Translations under genes and position numbers: made by a program
Part shown: positions 1 through 15,000 of the stretch, in pieces
How the letters are laid out: each line of letters begins with the position of its first letter
Numbering within the stretch: position 1 is the stretch's first letter
DNA from: Balanoglossus misakiensis
Lineage: Eukaryota > Animalia > Hemichordata
Assembly (NCBI GenBank): GCA_040954595.2
Contig: CM082593.2
Span: 5,721,434-5,785,433 of the forward strand
DNA: 64,000 nucleotides
Reading direction: 5' to 3'
Notes under the pieces: generated by a model
Told to the model about the DNA's origin: nothing
The model's input: the letters and a program-made list of their open reading frames with translations, nothing else
The model's database searches: none

Positions 1-3000
1 GTTTTTGTCGAAAAACCACCAAATTTCGGAATTTCGCGAAGTCGAAAAATTGAAATTTCTGGGTGATTTTCATGAGCTATAACCCACGGTTTTTGTCGAA
101 AAACCACCAAATTTTGAAATTTCGCGAAGTCGAAAAATTGACATTTCTGGGTGATTTTCATGAGCTATAACCCATGGTTTTTGTCGAAAAACCACCAAAT
201 TTTGAAATTTCGCGAAGTCGAAAAATTGACATTTCTGGGTGATTTTCATGAGCTATAACCCATGGTTTTTGTCGAAAAACCACCAAATTTTGAAATTTCG
301 CGAAGTCGAAAAATTGTCATTTCTGGGTGATTTTCATGAGCTATAACCCATGGTTTTTGTCGAAAAACCACCAAATTTTGAAATTCCGCAGAGTCGAAAA
401 ATTGACATTTCTGGGTGATTTTCATAAGCTATAACCCATGGTTTTTGTCGAAAAACCACCAAATATTGAAATTTCGCGAAGTCGAAAAATTGACATTTCT
501 GGACGATTTTCATGAGCTATAACCCATGGTTTTTGTCGAAAAACCACCAAATTTTGAAATTCCGCAAAGTCGAAAAATTGTCATTTTTGGACGATTTTCA
601 TGAGCTATAACCCATGGTTTTTGTCTAAAAACCACCAAATTTTGAAATTTCGCGAAGTCGAAAAATTGTCATTTCTGGGTGATTTTCATGAGCTATAACC
701 CATGGTTTTTGTCGAAAAACCACCAAATTTTGAAATTCCGCAAAGTCGAAAAATTGTCATTTTTGGACGATTTTCATGAGCTATAACCCATGGTTTTTGT
801 CTAAAAACCACCAAATTTTGAAATTCCGCAAAGTCGAAAAATTGACATTTCTGGGTGATTTTCATGAGCTATAACCCATGGTTTTTGTCGAAAAACCACC
901 AAATTTTGAAATTCCGCAAAGTCGAAAAATTGACATTTCTGGGTGATTTTCATGAGCTATAACCCATGGTTTTTGTCGAAAAACCACCAAATTTTGAAAT
1001 TTCGCGAAGTCAAAAAATTGACATTTCTGGGTGACTTTCATGAGCTATAACCCATGGTTTTTGTCGAAAAACCACCAAATTTTGAAATTCCGCAGAGTCG
1101 AAAAATTGAAATTTCTGGGTGATTTTCATGAGCTATAACCCACGGTTTTTGTCGAAAAACCACCAAATTTTGAAATTTCGCGAAGTCGAAAAATTGACAT
1201 TTCTGGGTGATTTTCATGAGCTATAACCCATGGTTTTTGTCGAAAAACCACCAAATTTTGAAATTTCGCGAAGTCGAAAAATTGACATTTCTGGGTGATT
1301 TTCATGAGCTATAACCCATGGTTTTTGTCGAAAAACCACCAAATTTTGAAATTTCGCGAAGTCGAAAAATTGTCATTTCTGGGTGATTTTCATGAGCTAT
1401 AACCCATGGTTTTTGTCGAAAAACCACCAAATTTTGAAATTCCGCAGAGTCGAAAAATTGACATTTCTGGGTGATTTTCATAAGCTATAACCCATGGTTT
1501 TTGTCGAAAAACCACCAAATATTGAAATTTCGCGAAGTCGAAAAATTGACATTTCTGGACGATTTTCATGAGCTATAACCCATGGTTTTTGTCGAAAAAC
1601 CACCAAATTTTGAAATTCCGCAAAGTCGAAAAATTGTCATTTTTGGACGATTTTCATGAGCTATAACCCATGGTTTTTGTCTAAAAACCACCAAATTTTG
1701 AAATTTCGCGAAGTCGAAAAATTGTCATTTCTGGGTGATTTTCATGAGCTATAACCCATGGTTTTTGTCGAAAAACCACCAAATTTTGAAATTCCGCAAA
1801 GTCGAAAAATTGTCATTTTTGGACGATTTTCATGAGCTATAACCCATGGTTTTTGTCTAAAAACCACCAAATTTTGAAATTCCGCAAAGTCGAAAAATTG
1901 ACATTTCTGGGTGATTTTCATGAGCTATAACCCATGGTTTTTGTCGAAAAACCACCAAATTTTGAAATTCCGCAAAGTCGAAAAATTGACATTTCTGGGT
2001 GATTTTCATGAGCTATAACCCATGGTTTTTGTCGAAAAACCACCAAATTTTGAAATTTCGCGAAGTCAAAAAATTGACATTTCTGGGTGACTTTCATGAG
2101 CTATAACCCATGGTTTTTGTCGAAAAACCACCAAATTTTGAAATTCCGCAAAGTCGAAAAATTGACATTTCTGGGTGATTTTCATGAGCTATAACTCATG
2201 GTTTTTGTCGAAAAACAACCAAATTTCGAAATTTCGCGTAGTCGAAAAATTGACATTTCTGGGTGATTTTCATGAGCTATAACCCATGGTTTTTGTCGAA
2301 AAACCACCAAATTTTGAAATTCCGCAAAGTCGAAAAATTGACATTTCTGGGTGATTTTCATGAGCTATAACCCATGGTTTTTGTCGAAAAACCACCAAAT
2401 TTCGGAATTTCGCGAAGTCGAAAAATTGACATTTCTGGGTGATTTTCATGAGCTATAACCCATGGTTTTTGTCGAAAAACCACCAAATTTCGAAATTTCG
2501 CGAAGTCGAAAAATTGACATTTCTGGGTGATTTTCATGAGCTATAACCCATGGTTTTTGTCGAAAAACCACCAAATTTTGAAATTCCGCAAAGTCGAAAA
2601 ATTGTCATTTTTGGACGATTTTCATGAGCTATAACCCATGGTTTTTGTCGAAAAACCACCAAATTTCGGAATTTCGCGAAGTCGAAAAATTGACATTTCT
2701 GGGTGATTTTCATGAGCTATAACCCATGGTTTTTGTCGAAAAACCACCAAATTTTGAAATTCCGCAAAGTCGAAAAATTGACATTTCTGGGTGATTTTCA
2801 ATAGCTATAACCCATGGTTTTTGTCGAAAAACCACCAAATTTCGGAATTTCGCGAAGTCGAAAAATTGACATTTCTGGGTGATTTTCATGAACTATAACC
2901 CATGGTTTTTGTCGAAAAACCACCAAATTTTGAAATTTCGCGAAGTCGAAAAATTGACATTTCTGGGTGATTTTCATGAGCTATAACCCATGGTTTTTGT

Positions 3001-6000
3001 CGAAAAACCACCAAATTTCGGAATTTCGCGAAGTCGAAAAATTGACATTTCTGGGTGATTTTCATGAGCTATAACCCATGGTTTTTGTCGAAAAACCACC
3101 AAATTTTGAAATTCCGCAAAGTCGAAAAATTGACATTTCTGGGTGATTTTCATGAGCTATAACCCATGGTTTTTGTCGAAAAACCACCAAATTTTGAAAT
3201 TTCGCGAAGTCGAAAAATTGACATTTCTGGGTGATTTTCATGAGCTATAACCCATGGTTTTTGTCGAAAAACCACCAAATTTTGAAATTTCGCGAAGTCG
3301 AAAAATTGTCATTTCTGGGTGATTTTCATGAGCTATAACCCATGGTTTTTGTCGAAAAACCACCAAATTTTGAAATTCCGCAAAGTCGAAAAATTGACAT
3401 TTCTGGGTGATTTTCATGAGCTATAACCCATGGTTTTTGTCGAAAAACCACCAAATATTGAAATTTCGCGAAGTCGAAAAATTGACATTTCTGGGTGATT
3501 TTCATGAGCTATAACCCATGGTTTTTGTCGAAAAACCACCAAATTTTGAAATTCCGCAAAGTCGAAAAATTGTCATTTTTGGACGATTTTCATGAGCTAT
3601 AACCCATGGTTTTTGTCTAAAAACCACCAAATTTTGAAATTCCGCAAAGTCGAAAAATTGACATTTCTGGGTGATTTTCATGAGCTATAACCCATGGTTT
3701 TTGTCGAAAAACCACCAAATTTTGAAATTCCGCAAAGTTGAAAAATTGACATTTCTGGGTGATTTTCATGAGCTATAACCCATGGTTTTTGTCGAAAAAC
3801 CACCAAATTTTGAAATTTCGCGAAGTCGAAAAATTGTCATTTTTGGACGATTTTCATGAGCTATAACCCATGGTTTTTGTCTAAAAACCACCAAATTTTG
3901 AAATTTCGCGAAGTCGAAAAATTGTCATTTCTGGGTGATTTTCATGAGCTATAACCCATGGTTTTTGTCGAAAAACCACCAAATTTTGAAATTCCGCAAA
4001 GTCGAAAAATTGTCATTTTTGGACGATTTTCATGAGCTATAACCCATGGTTTTTGTCGAAAAACCACCAAATTTTTAAATTTCGCGAAGTCGAAAAATTG
4101 ACATTTCTGGGTGATTTTCATGAGCTATAACCCATGGTTTTTGTCGAAAAACCACCAAATTTTGAAATTCCGCAAAGTCGAAAAATTGACATTTCTGGGT
4201 GATTTTCATGAGCTATAACCCATGGTTTTTGTCGAAAAACAACCAAATTTCGAAATTTCGCGTAGTCGAAAAATTGACATTTCTGGGTGATTTTCATGAG
4301 CTATAACCCATGGTTTTTGTCGAAAAACCACCAAATTTTGAAATTCCGCAAAGTCGAAAAATTGACATTTCTGGGTGATTTTCATGAGCTATAACCCATG
4401 GTTTTTGTCGAAAAACCACCAAATTTCGAAATTTCGCGAAGTCGAAAAATTTACATTTCTGGGTGATTTTCATGAGCTATAACCCATGGTTTTTGTCGAA
4501 AAACCACCAAATTTTGAAATTCCGCAAAGTCGAAAAATTGTCATTTTTGGACGGTTTTCATGAGCTATAACCCATGGTTTTTGTCGAAAAACCACCAAAT
4601 TTTGAAATTTCGCGAAGTCGAAAAATTGTCATTTCTGGGTGATTTTCATGAGCTATAACCCATGGTTTTTGTCGAAAAACCACCAAATTTCGGAATTTCG
4701 CGAAGTCGAAAAATTGACATTTCTGGGTGATTTTCATGAACTATAACCCATGGTTTTTGTCGAAAAACCACCAAATTTTGAAATTTCGCGAAGTCGAAAA
4801 ATTGACATTTCTGGGTGATTTTCATGAGCTATAACCCATGGTTTTTGTCGAAAAACCACCAAATTTTGAAATTTCGCGAAGTCGAAAAATTGACATTTCT
4901 GGGTGATTTTCATGAGCTATAACCCATGGTTTTTGTCGAAAAACCACCAAATTTTGAAATTCCGCAAAGTCGAAAAATTGACATTTCTGGGTGATTTTCA
5001 TGAGCTATAACCCATGGTTTTTGTCGAAAAACCACCACATTTCGGAATTTCGCGAAGTCGAAAAATTGACATTTCTGGGTGATTTTCATGAGCTATAACC
5101 CATGGTTTTTGTCGAAAAACCACCAAATTTCGGAATTTCGCGAAGTCGAAAAATTGACATTTCTGGGTGATTTTCATGAGCTATAACCCATGGTTTTTGT
5201 CGAAAAACCACCAAATTTTGAAATTTCGCGAAGTCGAAAAATTGACATTTCTGGGTGATTTTCATGAGCTATAACCCATGGTTTTTGTCGAAAAACCACC
5301 AAATTTCGGAATTTCGCGAAGTCGAAAAATTGACATTTCTGGGTGATTTTCATGAGCTATAACCCATGGTTTTTGTCGAAAAACCACCAAATTTTGAAAT
5401 TTCGCGAAGTCGAAAAATTGACATTTCTTGACGATATTCATGAGCTATAACCCATGGTTTTTGTCTAAAAACCACCAAATTTTAAAATTCCGCAAAGTCG
5501 AAAAATTGTCATTTTTGGATGATTTTCATGAGCTATAACACATAATTTTTTCAAAAATCGGCCAAATTTTGAAATTCCGCAAAGTCGAAAAATTGTCATT
5601 TCTGGGTAATTTTCATGAGCTATAACCCATGGTTTTTGTCGAAAAACCACCAAATTTTGAAATTTCGCGAAATCGAAAAATTGACATTTCTGGGTGATTT
5701 TCATGAGCTATAACCCATGGTTTTTGTCGAAAAACCACCAAATTTCGAAATTTCGCGAAGTCGAATAATTGACATTTCTGGGTGATTTTCATGAGCTATA
5801 ACCCATGGTTTTTGTCGAAAAACCACCAAATTTTGAAATTTCGCTTAGTCGAAAAATTGACATTTCTGGGTGATTTCCATGGTTTTTGTCGAAAAACCAC
5901 CAAATTTTGAAATTCCGCAAATTCGAAAAATTTACATTTCTCGGTGATTTTCATGAGCTATAACCCATGGTTTTTGTCGAAAAACCACCAAATATTGAAA

Positions 6001-9000
6001 TTTCGCACAGTCGAAAAATTGTCATTTTTGGACGATTTTCATGAGCTATAACCCATGATTTTTTCAAAAATAGGCCAAATTTTGAAATTCCGCAAAGTCG
6101 AAAAATTGTCATTTTTGGATGATTTTCATGAGCTATAACCCATGGTTTTTGTCGAAAAACCACCTAATTTCGGAATTTCGCGAAGTCGAAAAATTGACAT
6201 TTCTGGGTGATTTTCATGAGCTATAACCCATGGTTTTTGTCGAAAAACCACCAAATTTTGAAATTTCGCGAAGTCGAAAAATTGACATTTCTGGGTGATT
6301 TTCATGAGCTATAACCAATGGTTTTTGTCGAAAAACCACCAAATTTTGAAATTTCGCGAAGTCGAAAAATTGACATTTCTGGGTGATTTTCATGAGCTAT
6401 AACCCATGGTTTTTGTCGAAAAACCACCAAATTTTGAAATTCCGCAAAGTCGAAAAATTGACATTTCTGGGTGATTTTCATGAGCTATAACCCATGGTTT
6501 TTGTCGAAAAACCACCAAATTTATGAATTTCGCGAAGTCGAAAAATTGACATTTCTGGGTGATTTTCATGAGCTATAACCCATGGTTTTTGTCGAAAAAC
6601 CACCAAATTTTGAAATTTCGCGAAGTCGAAAAATTGACATTTCTGGGTGATTTTCATGAGCTATAACCCATGGTTTTTGTCGAAAAACCACCAAATTTCG
6701 GAATTTCGCGAAGTCGAAAAATTGACATTTCTGGGTGATTTTCATGAGCTATAACCCATGGTTTTTGTCGAAAAACCACCAAATTTTGAAATTTCGCTTA
6801 GTCGAAAAATTGACATTTCTGGGTGATTTCCATGGTTTTTGTCGAAAAACCACCAAATTTTGAAATTCCGCAAATTCGAAAAATTTACATTTCTCGGTGA
6901 TTTTCATGAGCTATAACCCATGGTTTTTGTCGAAAAACCACCAAATATTGAAATTTCGCACAGTCGAAAAATTGTCATTTTTGGACGATTTTCATGAGCT
7001 ATAACCCATGATTTTTTCAAAAATAGGCCAAATTTTGAAATTCCGCAAAGTCGAAAAATTGTCATTTTTGGATGATTTTCATGAGCTATAACCCATGGTT
7101 TTTGTCGAAAAACCACCTAATTTCGGAATTTCGCGAAGTCGAAAAATTGACATTTCTGGGTGATTTTCATGAGCTATAACCCATGGTTTTTGTCGAAAAA
7201 CCACCAAATTTTGAAATTTCGCGAAGTCGAAAAATTGACATTTCTGGGTGATTTTCATGAGCTATAACCAATGGTTTTTGTCGAAAAACCACCAAATTTT
7301 GAAATTTCGCGAAGTCGAAAAATTGACATTTCTGGGTGATTTTCATGAGCTATAACCCATGGTTTTTGTCGAAAAACCACCAAATTTTGAAATTCCGCAA
7401 AGTCGAAAAATTGACATTTCTGGGTGATTTTCATGAGCTATAACCCATGGTTTTTGTCGAAAAACCACGAAATTTCGGAATTTCGCGAAGTCGAAAAATT
7501 GACATTTCTGGGTGATTTTCATGAGCTATAACCCATGGTTTTTGTCGAAAAACCACCAAATTTATGAATTTCGCGAAGTCGAAAAATTGACATTTCTGGG
7601 TGATTTTCATGAGCTATAACCCATGGTTTTTGTCGAAAAACCACCAAATTTTGAAATTTCGCGAAGTCGAAAAATTGACATTTCTGGGTGATTTTCATGA
7701 GCTATAACCCATGGTTTTTGTCGAAAAACCACCAAATTTCGGAATTTCGCGAAGTCGAAAAATTGACATTTCTGGGTGATTTTCATGAGCTATAACCCAT
7801 GGTTTTTGTCGAAAAACCACCAAATTTTGAAATTTCGCGAAGTCGAAAAATTGACATTTCTTGACGATTTTCATGAGCTACAACCCATGGTTTTTGTCGA
7901 AAAACCACCAAATTTTAAAATTCCGCAAAGTCGAAAAATTGTCATTTTTGGATGATTTTCATGAGCTATAACACATAATTTTTTCAAAAATCGGCCAAAT
8001 TTTGAAATTCCGCAAAGTCGAAAAATTGTCATTTCTGGGTAATTTTCATGAGCTATAACCCATGGTTTTTGTCGAAAAACCACCAAATTTTGAAATTTCG
8101 CGAAATCAAAAAATTGACATTTCTGGGTGATTTTCATGAGCTATAACCCATGGTTTTTGTCGAAAAACCACCAAATTTCGAAATTTCGCGAAGTCGAAAA
8201 ATTGACATTTCTGGGTGATTTTCATGAGCTATAACCCATGGTTTTTGTCGAAAAACCACCAAATTTTGAAATTTCGCTTAGTCGAAAAATTGACATTTCT
8301 GGGTGATTTTCATGAGCTATAACCCATGGTTTTTGTCGAAAAACCACCAAATTTTGAAATTCCGCAAATTCGAAAAATTTACATTTCTCGGTGATTTTCA
8401 TGAGCTATAACCCATGGTTTTTGTCGAAAAACCACCAAATATTGAAATTTCGCACAGTCGAAAAATTGTCATTTTTGGACGATTTTCATGAGCTATAACC
8501 CATGATTTTTTCAAAAATAGGCCAAATTTTGAAATTCCGCAAAGTCGAAAAATTGTCATTTTTGGATGATTTTCATGAGCTATAACCCATGGTTTTTGTC
8601 GAAAAACCACCTAATTTCGGAATTTCGCGAAGTCGAAAAATTGACATTTCTGGGTGATTTTCATGAGCTATAACCCATGGTTTTTGTCGAAAAACCACCA
8701 AATTTTGAAATTTCGCGAAGTCGAAAAATTGACATTTCTGGGTGATTTTCATGAGCTATAACCAATGGTTTTTGTCGAAAAACCACCAAATTTTGAAATT
8801 TCGCGAAGTCGAAAAATTTACATTTCTGGGTGATTTTCATGAGCTATAACCCATGGTTTTTGTCGAAAAACCACCAAATTTTGAAATTCCGCAAAGTCGA
8901 AAAATTGACATTTCTGGGTGATTTTCATGAGCTATAACCCATGGTTTTTGTCGAAAAACCACCAAATTTCGGAATTTCGCGAAGTCGAAAAATTGACATT

Positions 9001-12000
9001 TCTGGGTGATTTTCATGAGCTATAACCCATGGTTTTTGTCGAAAAACCACCAAATTTATGAATTTCGCGAAGTCGAAAAATTGACATTTCTGGGTGATTT
9101 TCATGAGCTATAACCCATGGTTTTTGTCGAAAAACCACCAAATTTTGAAATTTCGCGAAGTCGAAAAATTGACATTTCTGGGTGATTTTCATGAGCTATA
9201 ACCCATGGTTTTTGTCGAAAAACCACCAAATTTCGGAATTTCGCGAAGTCGAAAAATTGACATTTCTGGGTGATTTTCATGAGCTATAACCCATGGTTTT
9301 TGTCGAAAAACCACCAAATTTTGAAATTTCGCGAAGTCGAAAAATTGACATTTCTTGACGATTTTCATGAGCTATAACCCATGGTTTTTGTCGAAAAACC
9401 ACCAAATTTTAAAATTCCGCAAAGTCGAAAAATTGTCATTTTTGGATGATTTTCATGAGCTATAACACATAATTTTTTCAAAAATCGGCCAAATTTTGAA
9501 ATTCCGCAAAGTCGAAAAATTGTCATTTCTGGGTAATTTTCATGAGCTATAACCCATGGTTTTTGTCGAAAAACCACCAAAATTTTGAAATTTCGCGAAA
9601 TCGAAAAATTGACATTTCTGGGTGATTTTCATGAGCTATAACCCATGGTTTTTGTCGAAAAACCACCAAATTTTGAAATTTCGCGAAGTCGAAAAATTGA
9701 CATTTCTGGGTGATTTTCATGAGCTATAACCCATGGTTTTTGTCGAAAAACCACCAAATTTTGAAATTCCGCAAATTCGAAAAATTTACATTTCTCGGTG
9801 ATTTTCATGAGCTATAACCCATGGTTTTTGTCGAAAAACCACCAAATATTGAAATTTCGCACAGTCGAAAAATTGTCATTTTTGGACGATTTTCATGAGC
9901 TATAACCCATGGTTTTTGTCGAAAAACCACCAAATTTTGAAATTCCGCAAAGTCGAAAAATTGTCATTTTTGGATGATTTTCATGAGCTATAACCCATGA
10001 TTTTTTCAAAAATAGGCCAAATTTTGAAATTCCGCAAAGTCAAAAAATTGTCATTTTTGGATGATTTTCATGAGCTATAACCCATGGTTTTTGTCGAAAA
10101 ACCACCAAATTTTGAAATTTCGCGAAATCAAAAAATTGACATTTCTGGGTGATTTTCATGAGCTATAACCCATGGTTTTTGTCGAAAAACCACCAAATTT
10201 CGAAATTTCGCGAAGTCGAAAAATTGACATTTCTGGGTGATTTTCATGAGCTATAACCCATGGTTTTTGTCGAAAAACCACCAAATTTTGAAATTTCGCT
10301 TAGTCGAAAAATTGACATTTCTGGGTGATTTTCATGAGCTATAACCCATGGTTTTTGTCGAAAAACCACCAAATTTTGAAATTCCGCAAATTCGAAAAAT
10401 TTACATTTCTCGGTGATTTTCATGAGCTATAACCCATGGTTTTTGTCGAAAAACCACCAAATATTGAAATTTCGCACAGTCGAAAAATTGTCATTTTTGG
10501 ACGATTTTCATGAGCTATAACCCATGATTTTTTCAAAAATAGGCCAAATTTTGAAATTCCGCAAAGTCGAAAAATTGTCATTTTTGGATGATTTTCATGA
10601 GCTATAACCCATGGTTTTTGTCGAAAAACCACCTAATTTCGGAATTTCGCGAAGTCGAAAAATTGACATTTCTGGGTGATTTTCATGAGCTATAACCCAT
10701 GGTTTTTGTCGAAAAACCACCAAATTTTGAAATTTCGCGAAGTCGAAAAATTGACATTTCTGGGTGATTTTCATGAGCTATAACCAATGGTTTTTGTCGA
10801 AAAACCACCAAATTTTGAAATTTCGCGAAGTCGAAAAATTGACATTTCTGGGTGATTTTCATGAGCTATAACCCATGGTTTTTGTCGAAAAACCACCAAA
10901 TTTTGAAATTCCGCAAAGTCGAAAAATTGACATTTCTGGGTGATTTTCATGAGCTATAACCCATGGTTTTTGTCGAAAAACCACCAAATTTCGGAATTTC
11001 GCGAAGTCGAAAAATTGACATTTCTGGGTGATTTTCATGAGCTATAACCCATGGTTTTTGTCGAAAAACCACCAAATTTATGAATTTCGCGAAGTCGAAA
11101 AATTGACATTTCTGGGTGATTTTCATGAGCTATAACCCATGGTTTTTGTCGAAAAACCACCAAATTTTGAAATTTCGCGAAGTCGAAAAATTGACATTTC
11201 TGGGTGATTTTCATGAGCTATAACCCATGGTTTTTGTCGAAAAACCACCAAATTTCGGAATTTCGCGAAGTCGAAAAATTGACATTTCTGGGTGATTTTC
11301 ATGAGCTATAACCCATGGTTTTTGTCGAAAAACCACCAAATTTTGAAATTTCGCGAAGTCGAAAAATTGACATTTCTTGACGATTTTCATGAGCTATAAC
11401 CCATGGTTTTTGTCGAAAAACCACCAAATTTTAAAATTCCGCAAAGTCGAAAAATTGTCATTTTTGGATGATTTTCATGAGCTATAACACATAATTTTTT
11501 CAAAAATCGGCCAAATTTTGAAATTCCGCAAAGTCGAAAAATTGTCATTTCTGGGTAATTTTCATGAGCTATAACCCATGGTTTTTGTCGAAAAACCACC
11601 AAAATTTTGAAATTTCGCGAAATCGAAAAATTGACATTTCTGGGTGATTTTCATGAGCTATAACCCATGGTTTTTGTCGAAAAACCACCAAATTTTGAAA
11701 TTTCGCGAAGTCGAAAAATTGACATTTCTGGGTGATTTTCATGAGCTATAACCCATGGTTTTTGTCGAAAAACCACCAAATTTTGAAATTCCGCAAATTC
11801 GAAAAATTTACATTTCTCGGTGATTTTCATGAGCTATAACCCATGGTTTTTGTCGAAAAACCACCAAATATTGAAATTTCGCACAGTCGAAAAATTGTCA
11901 TTTTTGGACGATTTTCATGAGCTATAACCCATGGTTTTTGTCGAAAAACCACCAAATTTTGAAATTCCGCAAAGTCGAAAAATTGTCATTTTTGGATGAT

Positions 12001-15000
12001 TTTCATGAGCTATAACCCATGATTTTTTCAAAAATAGGCCAAATTTTGAAATTCCGCAAAGTCGAAAAATTGTCATTTTTGGATGATTTTCATGAGCTAT
12101 AACCCATGGTTTTTGTCGAAAAACCACCAAATTTTGAAATTTCGCGAAGTCGAAAAATTGACATTTCTGGGTGATTTTCATGAGCTATAACCCATGGTTT
12201 TTGTCGAAAAACCACCAAATTTTGAAATTCCGCAAAGTCGAAAAATTGACATTTCTGGGTGATTTTCATGAGCTATAACCCATGGTTTTTGTCGAAAAAC
12301 CACCAAATTTCGGAATTTCGCGAAGTCGAAAAATTGACATTTCTGGGTGATTGTCATGAGCTATAACTCATGGTTTTTGTCGAAAAACCACCAAATTTCG
12401 GAATTTCGCGAAGTCGAAAAATTGACATTTCTGGGTGATTTTCATGAGCTATAACCCATGGTTTTTGTCGGAAAACCACCAAATTTTGAAATTTCGCGAA
12501 GTCGAAAAATTGACATTTCTGGGTGATTTTCATGAGCTATAACCCATGGTTTTTGTCGAAAAACCACCAAATTTCGGAATTTCGCGAAGTCGAAAAATTG
12601 ACATTTCTGGGTGATTTTCATGAGCTATAACCCATGGTTTTTGTCGAAAAACCACCAAATTTTAAAATTCCGCAAAGTCGAAAAATTGTCATTTTTGGAT
12701 GATTTTCATGAGCTATAACACATAATTTTTTCAAAAATCGGCGAAATTTTGAAATTCCGCAAAGTCGAAAAATTGTCATTTCTGGGTAATTTTCATGAGC
12801 TATAAGCCATGGTTTTTGTCGAAAAACCACCAAATTTTGAAATTTCGCGAAATCGAAAAATTGACATTTCTGGGTGATTTTCATGAGCTATAACCCATGG
12901 TTTTTGTCGAAAAACCACCAAATTTCGAAATTTCGCGAAGTCGAAAAATTGACATTTCTGGGTGATTTTCATGAGCTATAACCCATGGTTTTTGTCGAAA
13001 AACCACCAAATTTTGAAATTTCGCGAAGTCGAAAAATTGACATTTCTGGGTGATTTTCATGAGCTATAACCCATGGTTTTTGTCGAAAAACCACCAAATT
13101 TTGAAATTCCGCAAATTCGAAAAATTTACATTTCTCGGTGATTTTCATGAGCTATAACCCATGGTTTTTGTCGAAAAACCACCAAATATTGAAATTTCGC
13201 ACAGTCGAAAAATTGTCATTTTTGGACGATTTTCATGAGCTATAACCCATGGTTTTTGTCGAAAAACCACCAAATTTTGAAATTCCGCAAAGTCGCAAAA
13301 TTGTCATTTTTGGATGATTTTCATGAGCTATAACCCATGATTTTTTCAAAAATAGGCCAAATTTTGAAATTCCGCAAAGTCGAAAAATTGTCATTTTTGG
13401 ATGATTTTCATGAGCTATAACCCATGGTTTTTGTCGAAAAACCACCAAATTTTGAAATTTCGCGAAGTCGAAAAATTGACATTTCTTGACGATTTTCATG
13501 AGCTATAACCCATTGTTTTTGTCGAAAAACCACCAAATTTTAAAATTCCGCAAAGTCGAAAAATTGTCATTTTTGGATGATTTTCATGAGCTATAACACA
13601 TAATTTTTTCAAAAATCGGCCAAATTTTGAAATTCCGCTAAGTCGAAAAATTGACATTTCTGGGTGATTTTCATGAGCTATAACCCATGGTTTTTGTCGA
13701 AAAACCACCAAATTTTGAAATTTCGCGAAGTCGAAAAATTGACATTTCTGGGTGATTTTCATGAGCTATAACCCATGGTTTTTGTCGAAAAACCACCAAA
13801 TTTCGAAATTTCGCGAAGTCGAAAAATTGACATTTCTGGGTGATTTTCATGAGCTATAACCCATGGTTTTTGTCGAAAAACCACCAAATTTTGAAATTTC
13901 GCGAAGTCGAAAAATTGACATTTCTGGGAGATTTTCATGAGCTATAACCCAAGGTTTTTGTCGAAAAACCACCAAATTTTGAAATTCCGCAAAGTCGAAA
14001 AATTGACATTTCTGAGTGATTTTCATGAGCTATAACCCATGGTTTTTGTCGAAAAACCACCAAATATTGAAATTTCGCGAAGTCGAAAAATTGACATTTC
14101 TTGACGATTTTCATGAGCTATAACCCATGGTTTTTGTCGAAAAACCACCAAATTTTGAAATTCCGCAAAGTCGAAAAATTGACATTTCTGGGTGATTTTC
14201 ATGAGCTATAACCCATGGTTTTTGTCGAAAAACCACCAAATTTCGGAATTTCGCGAAGTCGAAAAATTGACATTTCTGGGTGATTGTCATGAGCTATAAC
14301 TCATGGTTTTTGTCGAAAAACCACCAAATTTCGGAATTTCGCGAAGTCGAAAAATTGACATTTCTGGGTGATTTTCATGAGCTATAACCCATGGTTTTTG
14401 TCGGAAAACCACCAAATTTTGAAATTTCGCGAAGTCGAAAAATTGACATTTCTGGGTGATTTTCATGAGCTATAACCCATGGTTTTTGTCGAAAAACCAC
14501 CAAATTTCGGAATTTCGCGAAGTCGAAAAATTGACATTTCTGGGTGATTTTCATGAGCTATAACCCATGGTTTTTGTCGAAAAACCACCAAATTTTAAAA
14601 TTCCGCAAAGTCGAAAAATTGTCATTTTTGGATGATTTTCATGAGCTATAACACATAATTTTTTCAAAAATCGGCGAAATTTTGAAATTCCGCAAAGTCG
14701 AAAAATTGTCATTTCTGGGTAATTTTCATGAGCTATAAGCCATGGTTTTTGTCGAAAAACCACCAAATTTTGAAATTTCGCGAAATCGAAAAATTGACAT
14801 TTCTGGGTGATTTTCATGAGCTATAACCCATGGTTTTTGTCGAAAAACCACCAAATTTCGAAATTTCGCGAAGTCGAAAAATTGACATTTCTGGGTGATT
14901 TTCATGAGCTATAACCCATGGTTTTTGTCGAAAAACCACCAAATTTTGAAATTTCGCGAAGTCGAAAAATTGACATTTCTGGGTGATTTTCATGAGCTAT

